A stretch of 64,000 nt of DNA, from the NCBI GenBank assembly GCA_951406725.2, contig OX597815.1, forward strand, positions 9,486,001-9,550,000, written 5' to 3'. Shown piece by piece: positions 27,840 through 41,665 of the stretch. The stretch comes from Octopus vulgaris. Lineage: Eukaryota. A model generated the notes under the pieces. That model saw nothing but the letters and a program-made list of their open reading frames with translations. It was not told where the DNA came from and ran no database searches. Every line of letters starts with the position of its first letter. Position 1 is the first letter of the stretch. The position numbers and the translations under genes are program-made.

Positions 27840-27840
<1 letters not shown>
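26490..27840 (+). mobile_element. R4/Dong-like REL-endonuclease LINE, 3' part, ending in (TAA)n
   Basis: KKEAESIILAVQDQA, decayed CCHC knuckle (CIC..ETIAHITKEC), ILWDF...RPDL...IVDVACP (PD-(D/E)xK), VPIIVGSLG. Confidence 0.85.
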
Positions 27841-27918
<78 letters not shown>

Positions 27919-28230
27919 CGACGATGATGATGATAAATGCCCTGATGCAGTACCAGGCAGTGGCTCTCATGGCTTCTGATCTTAACTGATTGGAAGTGTT
28001 ATCATGTACGTTGTTTTGTCTTGGTATAAAAGATGGGCTACAGCAAATATTCTGCTCAATACCACAGATTTGCTTGTCTGTTGTTTGACCTTAACCAGTT
28101 GAGCATGTCCCTTGGTGGCTGACAATTTGTGCATCTATGATCACGAGCAGAAGTAGTGGGGGAGCATCATAGCTATGTGTTGAGAGGAATTCTTTGGGGT
28201 TTCAATAATTCACCTCTGGTAACATGGGTG

Positions 28231-28629
28231 TTTCGTCTCTAGTAGACCTTTCCGTCGATTTCCGTAAAAAAATATTTTTTTTTACATATGGGCTTGCGGG
28301 AACTTTTGAAGTAATATACATACATATACACATACACCGAGTAAAAAATTTCAGTTATCTCTTTCTTTCACACATTACTCTGTCACTTCACACACACTAA
28401 CAGAAGCACTTCACTTACACAACATACTATCTGTCTCCCACACCCCATCAAACACACACACACACATGTACATCAATGCTTGCCATGCACGGTAACTTCA
28501 AAAGAACTTCCCTCGTCATAAAATAGCTTTCTCTTTCGCTCTCATTACTTCAAAAGTTCCCGCAAGCCCATATGTAAAAAAAAATATATTTTTTACGGAA
28601 ATCGACAGAAAGGTCTACTAGAGACGAAA
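28231..28629. mobile_element. MITE with ~85-bp terminal inverted repeats
   Basis: tttcgtctctagtagaccttt...cttttgaagtaat and its reverse complement at ~28544-28629. Confidence 0.82.
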
Positions 28630-28871
28630 GATTGCCAATAATAATTTACATTCTGAGTTCTAATTCCGCTGAGATTGACTTTGCCTTTTGCCCTTTTGAG
28701 ATCGTTGAAATAAGTACTAGTTAAGCACTGTGGACGTTGGAATCGATAAGCCCCTCCCTCAAAAATGCAGGTCTTGTACCTATAGTAAAAAAAGGATTAT
28801 TATTATCATACGTGTGCGATACTAGTGTTTGGCTTAGTACTTCTTAGCAATAATAGCAGTTCAGGTTTAGC

Positions 28872-29291
28872 ATCTTTTCGGTTTGAACGGCAGTTTTTTC
28901 TAACGGTGTCATATGAAATTGTCACCCATAATTATGACCCTAGTATCGATCTATTGCATTTTAATCTGCTTTAGGGTTAGGGTAGGGTTAGAGGTGGGGG
29001 AAGGGTATCTTATTTTTCTTCACAAATGTAAATAAACCCAATCTGCTTCTTAAACGAGGGACATATTCATACGGCACAGAATGTTTTCACTTCAATAGAC
29101 GTCATTGATTGGTTGAAATTGCAGAAATTGAAGAAGAAAAAAACAACAAATATCTTACAAACTATAGAATTTTCTCAATAAAGCCAAGAGAAAAAGATGT
29201 TTTATAAACACATTCTACCAGTATACGAAGTTTAAAAGTGTTTAGTTACGTGGAAATTATTTTAAAAAACTGCCGTTCAAACCGAAAAGAT
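28872..29291. mobile_element. MITE with ~28-bp TIRs and internal TTAGGG repeats
   Basis: atcttttcggtttgaacggcagtttttt / aaaaaactgccgttcaaaccgaaaagat; ttagggttagggtagggttag at ~28971-28991. Confidence 0.8.
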
Positions 29292-32200
29292 CCCCAGTTT
29301 TACTTTAATTTTTCTTTATTTTCATGTCCCAGATTATGGTAGGTTCGTTGTTTTCTTTCACTGATTTGCTGTTGCTACTGTGTCTGTGTGTATGTACCTC
29401 AACCACCTTTCTTCAACACAGTCACCTGTCTACGAACATACTACCAATCCCGATAAGTCGTTTATTTTATTTAGTTTAATCAAGATCCAGAATTTAAAAA
29501 CAAAGACGTCTCCCCTCTCTTCATAATCACTACAAATCCTACTTTCGTTATTTACCTTTTGCTTTCTGTCATGTTCAAAGGAGGCGTCTTGCTCATCCGA
29601 GACGATTAAAACTCATTCAATGTCTTCTTTTAACCTCGAGCTTTTGAAGTAACACAAATGTTTGTATTCGTCAGTATCCTCTCCGTTCAGTCTTGTTATC
29701 TGCTGCAATTTCTCTTCCATATCTCTTTATTCCTTGTTCTTTTATCTCTGTCTATTCCATTTTCGTCTCTTCATTGTCATTTGGTAAACATTTCTATTGT
29801 TACATCTGTGTATTTGTGTTGCCTCCTGAAAATGGAAGACGTTTTTTCTTCTTCTTTCTATTCGTGTTCTGTAGCTATTTTCTATTGATCTATTCTGTTT
29901 TCTTTTACACAATTTTTGTAAACTTATCGTATATATATATATATACATCTTATAACAGTTTTTTTTTTGTATATATACACTTCTTTCTAGAAACCCCATC
30001 CCTTTATTATAGCATAGGAATCTTGTAGAAGTTCCTCTCAGCTATTACAAATAATTCCAGCGTCCCCATGTCTGACGTTCGTTGATCTATCCTGAAAGCT
30101 ACTATCATTCTTCTTGTTTCATTTTATCGCCTCTTCCTACCAGTTAACTTATACAACAGTTAATTGCAATAATTAACTACAGTAATTGTATTAAAGCGCT
30201 AACTGATTTCTTGTATATCATTTCCCAATATTTTGGTATTTTCATTTTGTGTTGAATCCTAATCTGATTCGCCAATAATATTACTTTCAATTTGGTTCTT
30301 TACGCATTTCAGGGCTTCTCTGTTCTATCAAATTTTATTGATTTATAAACACTTGTTCTTTTGTTCATTCTGTAATCATTTCATCTTTGTACTTTATCAA
30401 CCAATAGATATTGTGTGCAATTGTATTCGTTTACCACTTTTAAATGTTGTTTTAACACATGATTTTTAACCGAAAGGCTTTCAGAAAACAATTCCGAGTC
30501 CTTAAACAGAGTTGGAAACTGTTTGGTTGATTACCATCTCATGCATGTAGCTTTAAATCATTCGATCTTCACACTAGAGGTCAATTCTTCTGTCTGCTTG
30601 ATCTGATAAGACTTACTGGCTTTGTTCTCTGATATAGTTTTGATGTTTTAAACTAGAATCTACTGTTGTTGCGGCTGCAGTCTTTCTTTTTGTTATTGAT
30701 ACTATTATTTAGCCTTAGGCGAGCTCTGGAGGAGCATAATTATGATCAAATTTATGTCAGCTCTGACCATCCCGGTTCTTTCTCAAACTTCTTTCTGTAT
30801 GTCGGGTCTATATGACCTATTTCTGGCAGATCGACCACATAGGTAGCTGGAAACGTGCTCCATCAATAGACCTGATCTGTAGCTCCATTGGCTCGTGCAA
30901 AGAAGGAGATGTCAATGTGGATTGCAGTGACCGATAAGCTAGCTCTCCATAGAAACATTAGGCTTGTAACTGTATCGAGATGCAGCAGACGGAAATTTGT
31001 AACAACGAACCTTTTTGCATTAAAAAAAATTACTGATATTAATTACACAGAGACTCCATCTTTATAAAAATAAAAGAACATTTTATTTGATATTCTCACT
31101 GGACCATTTTTCGTCTTCCTCCGATGTATATTATGTTTTAAATACAGCATATTCATAAGAGATTTTATCTCGGATGAAAACTGTAGTGCTACTTCGGTCG
31201 CATATAACTGTTTTATTTATTCAGCCTGGTGGCTACTCGCAACACCAACCGTTAGCACGCCGGGCGAAATGCGTAGCCGTATTTCGTCTGCCGTTGCGTT
31301 CTAAGTTGACTGGGGTCGATGTAATCGACTTAATCCCTTTGTCTGTCTTTGTTTGTTCCCTCTGTGTTTGACCCCTTGTGGGTAGTAAAGAAACAGTGTA
31401 TATATTATACATTGCTTCCTATATTGAAAGCTAGTTCTTTACACACAGAGGGGACAAACAAGGACATACAAGCGGATTAAGTCGATTATATCGACCCCAG
31501 TGCGTAACTGGCACTTATTTAATCGACCCCGAAAGGATGAAAGGCAAAGTCGACCTCGGCGGAATTTGAACTCAGAACGTAGCGGCAGACGAAATAGCGC
31601 TAAGCATTTCGCCCGGCGTTGCTAACGATTCTGCCAGTGGCAGATTGTGAGTACACGTCATTCACAATGCGCAACAAGGCTAAAATGCCTTTGGCGAAAA
31701 ACTTCCTGCAGACTGGCGGGTCGAATCTTTTCCTCCTACTGATATACATCGTGGTTTAAACACAGCACGTCCATAAGAAAAATATTCGATCGCGGACGAA
31801 AACTACAATAACTTGCCTGTCAACGACGGTGTTTATGCATTAAGTATGATATATAGATGGCTATTGCTTTTTATCTTTTCATTCATAATCTCGACCAAAT
31901 TCTTACGTGGAGTTTATTGTATTCTTTTACGCTTCCTCATCTGTTTATCTCAGAAAGGTTTCTTAATCCTTTTTATTTTTTATTCTTGAGTAGAACTTTA
32001 CGTAATTTCTGCTAGTCTTACATATCCTTGTTGGAAGCTTCCACTGCTTATAACCTGATAACGGATTATTTTCTTAAAGTGTTATCTTCTATCAAAATAT
32101 ATTCATCTAAAGAACCGTCTCAGTGCCTGCCATATGACTTCATTTTTTTCTGTTAGACTTTGGTGGAATCTGTTTCCTTTTATTCGTGTTATCTCCAAGA

Positions 32201-33069
32201 CTCATCGATCGATTGAATTCAGAATTAAAACATTTTTTCACTTTTATTTTATTTCTTTCTCTGACACACGTATGCGCACACACATACACATATACTCACA
32301 TACTATATATGCATACATACATACGTACATACATACACACACACACACACACACATACATACATACATACATACATACATACATACATACATACATACAT
32401 ACACACATACATATTATATATGCATACATACATACATACATACGTACATACATACACATACATACATACATACATACATACACACATACACACATACATA
32501 TTATATATTCATGCATAGTACATACATACACATATACTCACATATATATGCATACATACATACACACACATACTCACATATATAGGCATGCATACATACG
32601 TACGTACATACACACACACATACATACATACATACATACATACATACATACATACATAGACACACGCACACTTACACACATACAGACAGACAGACACACA
32701 CACACATACACATAATGCTATGTCTTCATTGGTTTTCAAAAGACATCCTGGATTGTCTTTTTATAATTCAGACAGTTACAAAGACACTCAGAATGTGCGC
32801 GCGCGTCTATATACACAAATACAAAGAAAAGTTCTCAATGAATAGAGTTAACAATAATAATAGTAATTCAACCAGATTTTACACAGTGGTTACTCCGAGT
32901 TTCGCGTTACCGTTTTTCGATTTAACAAAAGTAAAAACAGAAATATCATTGAATGTGTGTATATTATATTCAACGCTGCATCGTGCGATTCTCTATCTAT
33001 CTATTTGTCTGTCTGTCTGTCTCTCTGCCTGTTAATCTATCTATGTATCTATCTATTTATATATGTACA

Positions 33070-33143
<74 letters not shown>

Positions 33144-33204
33144 TGGTGCTATTAAGTTAGACATGGCCTGGACCAATCTCTGGTCGAAACATATCTAAGT
33201 TTTA

Positions 33205-33256
<52 letters not shown>

Positions 33257-33351
33257 ATCCAAACATGAAAACACAAAGAGAAAACACAACAACGCGAGGA
33301 CGTGGAACAAGTATAGTATTATTGGACGCTCAGGAAAGGAAAGAAAGAAAG

Positions 33352-33480
33352 GACTTATAAGCCTGGTTTTTATTTTAGCAGTCTCTCTTTGCCGAAACGC
33401 TAGTTTACGAGGACGTAAACATATCAACATTAGTTGTCAAGCGGTGGTGGGGACAAATAGTCATAAAGACACACACAGAT

Positions 33481-33541
<61 letters not shown>

Positions 33542-33713
33542 ATATATATATATATACGACAGGTTTCTTTCAGTTTCCGTCTACCAAATTCACTCACAAG
33601 GCATTGGTCGGTCCGAGGCTATAGTAGAAGACACTCGCCCAAGGTGCCACGCAGTGGGACGGAACCCGGAACAATGTAGTTGAGAAGCAAGCTACTTACC
33701 ACACAGCCACGCC
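33352..33713 (-). mobile_element. SINE family A (diverged; further 3' part at 34622-34822 +)
   Basis: Sequence similarity to other copies. Confidence 0.8.
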
Positions 33714-33732
33714 TATATATATATATATATAT

Positions 33733-34507
33733 ATAATAGTTATCGCCATACTAATATGGCATTCTTATAAAAATAAGAAAAAAGCTGTCCGCTTATTAGC
33801 TCCATGAGGCCATCGCCTTAAGTTAGCTATTTGATACACAAACTGCATCCATATAACCTTCGAACAAGGGAGGTCAGTCGCTCCACACTACTTGAAAAGG
33901 GGCAATACTCCGAAACGCGTCTGTAGCTGCCGGTCAAGTAGTGTGGAGCGACTGACCTCCTTGTTCGAAGGTTATATGGATGCAGTTTGTGTATCAAATA
34001 GCTAACTTAAGGCGATGGCCTCATGGAGCTAATAAGCGGACAGCTTTTTTCCTATTTTTATAAGAATGCCATATTAGTATGGCGATAACTATTATTTTCC
34101 GGGAACGCTGCCGCTGTTCTCTTTTAGAGAGACTTAGTTATTTTAATATTTCTATTATTGAAAACAAGTGGATGTATTCCACCGAAACTAGGTAAATAAA
34201 ACCATCGAACAGAGATTGTCGGAAGCGACACCTACTGGCTGGCTACGCTGCATTGAAAAGGGGCAATACTCCGAAACGCGTCTGTAGCTGCCGGTCAAGT
34301 AGTGTGGAGCGACTGACCTCCCTTGTTCGAAGGTTATATGGATGCAGTTTGTGTATCAAATAGCTAACTTAAGGCGATGGCCTCATGGAGCTAATAAGCG
34401 GACAGCTTTTTCTTATTTTTATAAGAATGTCATATTAGTATGGCGATAACTATTATTTTCCGGGAACGCTGCCGCTGTTCTCTTTTAGAGAGACTTAGTT
34501 ATTTTAA

Positions 34508-34514
<7 letters not shown>
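33733..34514 (+). mobile_element. Inverted plus direct repeat element (361-bp period) with hammerhead-like motif, in (TA)n
   Basis: Inverted arms 33733-33895 / 33934-34095; direct repeats starting at 33892 and 34253; gctgca-TTGAAAA-gggg caata ctcc-GAAA-cgcg-TC-tgtagc at 34247-34288. Confidence 0.7.
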
Positions 34515-34575
<61 letters not shown>

Positions 34576-34842
34576 TACATATATATGTACATGTATATAC
34601 GAATATGTATGTATATTTATGGATGTGTGTCTTTGTGTCTGTGTTTGTCCCCAACACCATCGCTTGACAACCGATGTTGGTATGTTTATGTCCTCGTGAC
34701 TTAGCGGTTCAGCAAAAAAAAGACCCATAAAATAAGTACTAGGTTTATGAAGAATAAATTGATTTCTTCTCCTAAAACCTTTTAAGGTGGTGCTCGAGCA
34801 TCGCCGCAGTCGAATAACTGAAACGTGTATAATAATAAAAGA

Positions 34843-34883
<41 letters not shown>

Positions 34884-34884
<1 letters not shown>

Positions 34885-35056
34885 CGGGAAGGTTTACGAA
34901 AATAAACAAAAGACGAAGGCAGGTGGAGTACAAACAAACAATTGTATTAGTAACGCTCAGGAATAGAAATAGAAAAAGTCTTTTACGTTTCGAGCCTACG
35001 CTCTTCGACAGAAAGATACACAGAAAAAAACAAGGAGAGAAACAAGGAGAGAAACA
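34884..35056 (-). mobile_element. Copy of the short hammerhead-motif repeat
   Basis: Minus strand cttt-CTGTCGA-agagc gtag gctc-GAAA-cg-TA-aaag; abuts (TA)n. Confidence 0.6.
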
Positions 35057-35817
35057 GTACTCACACACAAAATTAAACGTTTATTAATGCACATACCAAT
35101 CAAATGAGTGTCTTTCCTATATACTCATTAACAATCCCCTAGAATTATGTATACGAGTAGATTTGGAGTGATATTAAGTAGAAGCACTACTGGGTAAAAT
35201 GCAAAACAAAAGACTAGTATATGCTAGCAAATATACAAAACAAAATTCTCTGAGCCATTAATGTATATAGAGGCAAATTCTATGGACAGCCAGCAGAACT
35301 AACCGAACAAAAGCGATTATATATTGATCTTACGATGATAGATACTTGACACATATCAAATCTAATGTCAGTACAAACATTCATAAGACATATTAACCGG
35401 GATAATGAGATGGATATCGACTAGAAATAACAACTACAAATAAAAACACGAAGGCTAGAGATAATACGTAAATATATATAATTATGGTATATAAGTAGAT
35501 TCTTAGTTAATTAAGACAGTAATGAGGTTGGAGTCAATTTCAAGAATTCATATATGTTGACGAATGCTCATATTCATATTTGGATGAATTAAAAGCCAAT
35601 GCACTTGTATGTATGATATAGAGTTTATAAAACGTCTTATTGAAATTTCTCATAGTTTCTGATGGAGTGCTCAGCAAAAATTAATTTGCTAGGTGCATGG
35701 ATAAGGTAAATACATTTTACATACATACATACATACACACATACATACATACATACATACATACATACATACATACATGCATGTATGCATGCATGCATAC
35801 ATACATACATACATACA

Positions 35818-36035
35818 TGATGGCTGCCCCCTCGTTATCGAGTATGGCCATTGCACGAAGCTTAACTGTTACTGGTGCTGTGATCGAATGTGACCTTTTA
35901 GCCCAGCTAAAGATCGACAATGTCTTGTACAGAACTGGCAGCTAAAACCTTTACTGGTAATAGCCGGATGTAGTTGTAACTGGGCTTCATGTACCTTTGC
36001 ATGTCGTTCAAGTCCTCCTGCCGAATTACACTCTC
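35818..36035 (-). mobile_element. RTE LINE 3' end (short tail copy at ~37130-37180)
   Basis: Two C2H2-like fingers (SCQFCTRHCRSLAGLKGHIRS) and tail gccatactcgataacgaggggcagccatca. Confidence 0.65.
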
Positions 36036-36169
36036 TTCCACTTGCCCGACAGATATTATTAGTATGGTGTGTAACACCACCACCAGTGGCCAGGTTGTCA
36101 CTCATCTGTCTCGTTTTATGACTACGAAGATGACTTTGAGTCCAGCTTTACTGAGGCAGGGTCTTGCAC

Positions 36170-36607
36170 AGACACATACATACAAACATACATGCATACA
36201 TACACACATACATACATACATACATACATACATACATACATACATACATACATACATACATGCATACATACATACTACATACATACATACATAAAAACAT
36301 ACATATATACATACATACGTACATACATGCATACATACATACATACATACATATACACATACATACATACATACATACATACATACACACATACATACAT
36401 ACATACATACATACATACATAAAAACATACATACATACATACATACATACATACATACACACACACATACATACATCCATACACACATACATACATACAC
36501 ACACATACATACATACATACACACATACATACATACATACATACATACATACATACATACATACATACATACATACATACGTACATACATAAAAACATAT
36601 ATACATA
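36170..36607. repeat. (TACA)n microsatellite; many similar (TA)n/(TACA)n tracts across the window
   Basis: Direct inspection. Confidence 0.95.
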
Positions 36608-37010
36608 TAGGCGCAGGAGTGGCTGTGTGGTAAGTAGCTTGCTAACCAACCACATGATTGTGGGTTCAGTCCCACTGCGTGGCATCTTGGGCAAGTGTCT
36701 TCTGCTATAGCCCCGGGCCGACCAATGCCTTGTGAGTGGATTTGGTAGACGGAAACTGAAAGAAGCCTGTCGAATATATGTATATATATATATATGTGTG
36801 TGTGTGTTTGTGTGTCTGTGTTTGTTCCCCTAGCATTGCTTGACAACCGATGCTGGTGTGTTTACGTCCCCGTCACTTAGCGGTTCGGCAAAAGAGACCG
36901 ATAGAATAAGTACTGGGCTTACTAAGAATAAGTCCCGGGGTCGATTTGCTCGACTAAAGGTGGTGCTCCAGTATGGCCGCAGTCAAATGACTGAAACAAG
37001 TAAAAGAAAA
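36608..37010 (+). mobile_element. SINE family A
   Basis: ggcgcaggagtggctgtgtggtaag head on + strand. Confidence 0.88.
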
Positions 37011-37091
37011 AAAAAAAAAAGAAAATACATACAAACATACATACATACATACACACACATGCATACATACATGCATACATGCATACATACA

Positions 37092-37125
<34 letters not shown>

Positions 37126-37328
37126 CACAATGACTGCAAACTCGTGTTCCGAGTATTGCCATCACCTGATCGAAAGTTCTACGCATGCGAAGGCTACGAC
37201 CAAACATTTTTGTGATAGGTGTTACTTCTTTTTCAAGCGATGCCCGTGCATGATGATCTTTTATAGTGGAGAAAGGATTTGCACAAATCCAATCCTACTC
37301 TCTGAATATAGACAACTGTTACATCCAA

Positions 37329-37675
37329 TTTCTTTATTAGCCACAAGGGCCCAAACAATAGAGCCTGATTGGGGTCAGACACAATGATTATATGACTTTT
37401 TAAATTTTACAAAGTATAATGGAATCGAATGAAATCGAGTGAGATACAACAAGGACGAAATACAAACATGAAATGAAGCAGAGAGATGGGTTACGCCCAG
37501 ACCCCACGAGCCCCATTCTCCTACTGAAACTTTTGTATGCAGACTTATGACATGTTCACGAGGAATCGTTCATTCCCAGAACCCTCGCAACATGCAACCA
37601 TCTTTCTTTGAACATTTTCTTTGAGAGGCATCTTCTCTCCAGCCTCACCTTCCTTTTAAGGTGGAAGATAAAATA
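37329..37675 (-). mobile_element. Probable L1/Tx1-type LINE 3' end sharing its tail with SINE family B (related copy ~38484-38750)
   Basis: Minus strand YFIFHLKRKVRLERRCLS remnant; ends cccttgtggctaataaagaaat like SINE B. Confidence 0.5.
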
Positions 37676-38199
37676 TCTCACCAACCCAAGACCGGAGATG
37701 AGAAAAATTTTGGATTGTTATAATGCCTACGTCGGTAGCTGGCAGAAACGTTAGCACGGTGGGCGAAATGCTTAGCAGTATTTCGTCTGCCGTTCCGTTC
37801 TGAGTTCAAATTCCGCCGAGGTTGACTTTGCCTTTCATCCTTTCGGGGTCGATAAATTAAGTACCAGTTACACAATGGGGTAGATATAATTGACTTAATC
37901 CGTTTGTCTGTCCTTGTTTGTCCCCTCTCTGTTTGGCCCCTTGTGGGTAGTAAAGAAACAGGTATACAGTATCCTTAATAAAACCAGTAAAAACACGACT
38001 ATCTCTGACCACCTACTTCTTACTCTCTGTACTTATAGCCACACGGTTATTCCATTCGCCACATGGGAGGGGTGTACCATTATTACTAATTCTCTACCAC
38101 ATCTCCCCTTTTAAGTTTTTCTTTGGAAGTGTCATTTTATTTTGCAATAATTTTTTTTTTTCACCCACCTCCATTTTTTGAGTATTTTTCGTACAGTTT

Positions 38200-39340
38200 C
38201 ATATTTTTTTGCATTTGGGGTCTATTTTCAGGAACTCTGTATGTTTTCTTTTCCTCTCACTTGTACATCTGGGTTCAATCACCAGCAGTGGCGTTGGTAC
38301 TTGGAACGTATCGTAAAACCATCCCATCGGTTCTTCCAACTTCTTTGGTTCGCTTTCCACGAATCCCCTTTTCAGTTGGTTCCTGTGTCTCTTTCCTCTG
38401 CCTTTTTCTATTTTTACCCAATACATCATTTTACCAAAGCATTTGGTAATTACGTCATCTTCCCAACTCTGCTTTTCATTCTTATTTCTTTATTGCCCAC
38501 AAGGGGCCAACATAGAGTTGGACAATACATCATGATTTGGGGTCATGAGAAACGAATGGAGATTACATAAAAATGATCTTTAAAAATTTACACAAATTCG
38601 AAAACGAAATCGAAGAAATCGGATGATCTACAAATTTTACAACACAACATAAAATGACACATAAAGTGGGAACACCAGGATTGTCGACCCTACGAGCCCT
38701 GCTTTTCCCACTGAAACTCGGCAGCTAACTCATAGCGTGCTCATGTATGCCCTCGTATACACCTTTTCACAAACTTTAAAAAATCTTGCTATGTCTTCCC
38801 ATGCACCTTTTTCTTCCCTTACCAGGTAGCAATTTATCAAAAACTGATTTTACTTTCCTTGCAAACATCACTTCTACAGGTGAGCTACCTGCTGGTGTAT
38901 TCGGATTTGGTGTCACACGGTACACTCTTAAAAATTGTTTTCGAGCTACCTCATCCATGACTTCCTTATTCGATTTTCTTAGGGTTCTCTTGAAGGTATC
39001 GACAAAGCGTTCTAACTGTCCGTTAAGTCTGGAATGGTATGGCGCCGTAGTTATATGTTCTACCGCAAACGTTTCACGAATTTATTTTTTTTAATTTACT
39101 AAACACAAATTGCGTTCCACTGTCAGATACTATCTTGTCTGGGATGCCAAATATTGTAAACAATTCGTGTAAAAGATTTATCACAGTTGAGAAGGTTGGG
39201 TTTTTTTTACACTTACAAATTTCAGGCCATTTCAAGAAACTATCAACTGCCACTAAAGGACCAGCGAAATCGATGTGTTGTCTCGACCACGGAATTTCTA
39301 CTTTTGAACAATGTTTTTTTTTACTGTGGGCAATTTTTTA
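38200..39340 (-). mobile_element. Gypsy LTR-retrotransposon integrase fragment, interrupted
   Basis: HIDFAGP, FGIPDKIVSDSGTQF, TAPYHSRLNGQLERFV, YRVTPN...SPVEVMFARK, KRHRNQL. Confidence 0.82.
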
Positions 39341-39573
39341 TTTCGTTTTGGCTTACATCCAGGTGTTCCACTCCGTTTTATGTTTTTTGTTTCAGTCCCT
39401 CAGCTGCATTTGAACCTGTGACTGAACCGACTATATTTCTACACAAAACACTTATGGGCGTATTCCATACTTTGGATAGCGCCATCCACTCTGTGCCGAA
39501 TAGATTAAGCGAACTTTTTAATACATATACCTTAGCCGTTTTTGTTTGACCTCGAAATGTTACATTACATATG

Positions 39574-39806
39574 GGAGGCGCAATGGCCCAGTGGTTAGGG
39601 CAGCGGCCTCGCGGTCATAGGATCGCGGTTTCGATTCCCAGACCGGCAGGGGATGGTGGTGATCCCTGCTGTACTCTTTCACCACAACTTTCTCTCACTC
39701 TTACTTCCTGTTTCTGTTGTACCTGTATTTAATTTCACAAGCAGGCTGTTCCGTTGATTCGGATCAACCGGAACCCTCATCGTCGTAACTGACGGAGTGC
39801 TTCTAG
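39574..39806 (+). mobile_element. SINE family C, internally deleted
   Basis: Same head and tail; TSD acattacatatg 39562-39573 / 39807-39818. Confidence 0.85.
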
Positions 39807-39944
39807 ACATTACATATGAATTCACCGAAAAAATATAATCTTTTTCCCCGTAACACCATGTGCTACCTTTTTCGATTTAATTGATTTCGGCTTACCGACA
39901 TATTTCCACGTTTTTTCGTTTATAATGGTGATATCACTACCAGT

Positions 39945-40505
39945 GCCCAATTACAAAATAACACTTGTATTTCTGATTTTCACCTTTACGAATTTTCTCA
40001 TTATTTGCTCTAGCCTTAGGCTTGACAACAAAATTCACCTTGGTATGCAAAAGCCTATGGTCAGTCCAGCACTCTGTACCACGCATCACTCGTACAATAG
40101 CAAAGTCCCTAGTTTCTCGTTTCCTGGTGAGGATGTAATCTATAAGATGCCACTCCTTAGAACCAGAGTACATCCATGTCGTTTTATACTTAATTTTAGT
40201 TGAAACATTGTGTTCATGACACACAAATCCATCTCTACACACATTTGTAACAGTAGTAAACCATTACTGTTGGAACTCCTAACCCCATGTTTTCCTAAGA
40301 CAACCCAAGTCCCCCAATCTGCATCAAAGCCTGCATTAAAATCACCTAAAAGGACAACTTTATCATCATGGAGGATACTGCGTATAATCTCTGTAAGTGG
40401 TAGATAGAAGGCAAGTTTATCATCCTCTAATAAATTCATTGTTGGAGCATATGCACTTATAAGTGTTGCATGGTGACCTTTTCTTAATGGAAGTCTTGAT
40501 TCGAG
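39945..40505 (-). mobile_element. RTE LINE AP-endonuclease fragment
   Basis: ATLISAYAPT, LLGDFNA, NSNGLLLL, WHLIDYIL, TDHRLL. Confidence 0.88.
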
Positions 40506-40788
40506 CATGTAGATAATTTAGATCTCATATAGAAGCAGTTGTCGAAGCTGAAGGGGACTTTATTGAACAACGTTATAGAAAATAAGGTTTATTTTTATCC
40601 TCATAGCATTTTCTATCTGTTATTATATATCAGCTTTTTTTATATAAACATAAATCTGTGCTCAAGTATTTTACGCACCCTGTATGTATGAATGTATGTA
40701 TGTATGTATGTTTGTATGTATGTATGTACGTATGTATGTATGTATGTATGTATGTATGTATGTATGTATGTATGTATGTATGTATGTA

Positions 40789-40918
<130 letters not shown>

Positions 40919-40920
40919 CA

Positions 40921-40987
<67 letters not shown>

Positions 40988-41350
40988 TCGCTTTTGCTCG
41001 TTTGGTCATTTTTGTTTATATATATATATATATATATCAATGTGAATAACATTTCTAATACACCTACTAACGTAGAATGGGGGGCTAGCTATGATATTTT
41101 GTCTCGGAAAAACTTCTCAAAGAGAATTATGAATCAGAAAACACAGAGCTCTCACGGAATGTCGTCAATGTTTCGACCTCATTTACTTTCCCAAGTGGCA
41201 AATAGACCCAGACTCTCTGAACAAAATCAAAAGAAAAATGTTCCGATATGGACATCGGTAAACCAAATATTCACTGATCTATATATGAAAGCTGGCCAGA
41301 CTAAAATTAAATCAATATACGCTCTTGAAACATTATCATATTAAAATAAT

Positions 41351-41665
41351 ACTCTTTTAGTCATTTGACTTCGGCCATGCTGGAGCACCGCCTTTAGTCG
41401 AGCAAATCGACCCCGGGACTTATTCTTTGTAAGCCTAGTATTTATTCTATCGGTCTCTTTTGTCGAACCGCTAAGTTACGGGGACGTAAACACACCAGCA
41501 TCGGTTGTCAAGCGATGTTGGGGTTGTGGGGACAAACACAGACACATGCACATATACATATATATACACATATATACGACGGGCTTCTTTCAGTTTCCGT
41601 CTACCAAATCCACCCACAAGACTTTGGTCGGCCCGAGGCTATAGTAGAAGACACTTGCCCAAGGT
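41351..41665 (-). mobile_element. SINE family A, head missing (a head piece lies at 42206-42268)
   Basis: Sequence similarity. Confidence 0.82.

Noticed and set aside
29400-30550. Strand-biased region resembling a decayed retroelement ORF1 on the minus strand
   Set aside because: No motif could be identified with confidence
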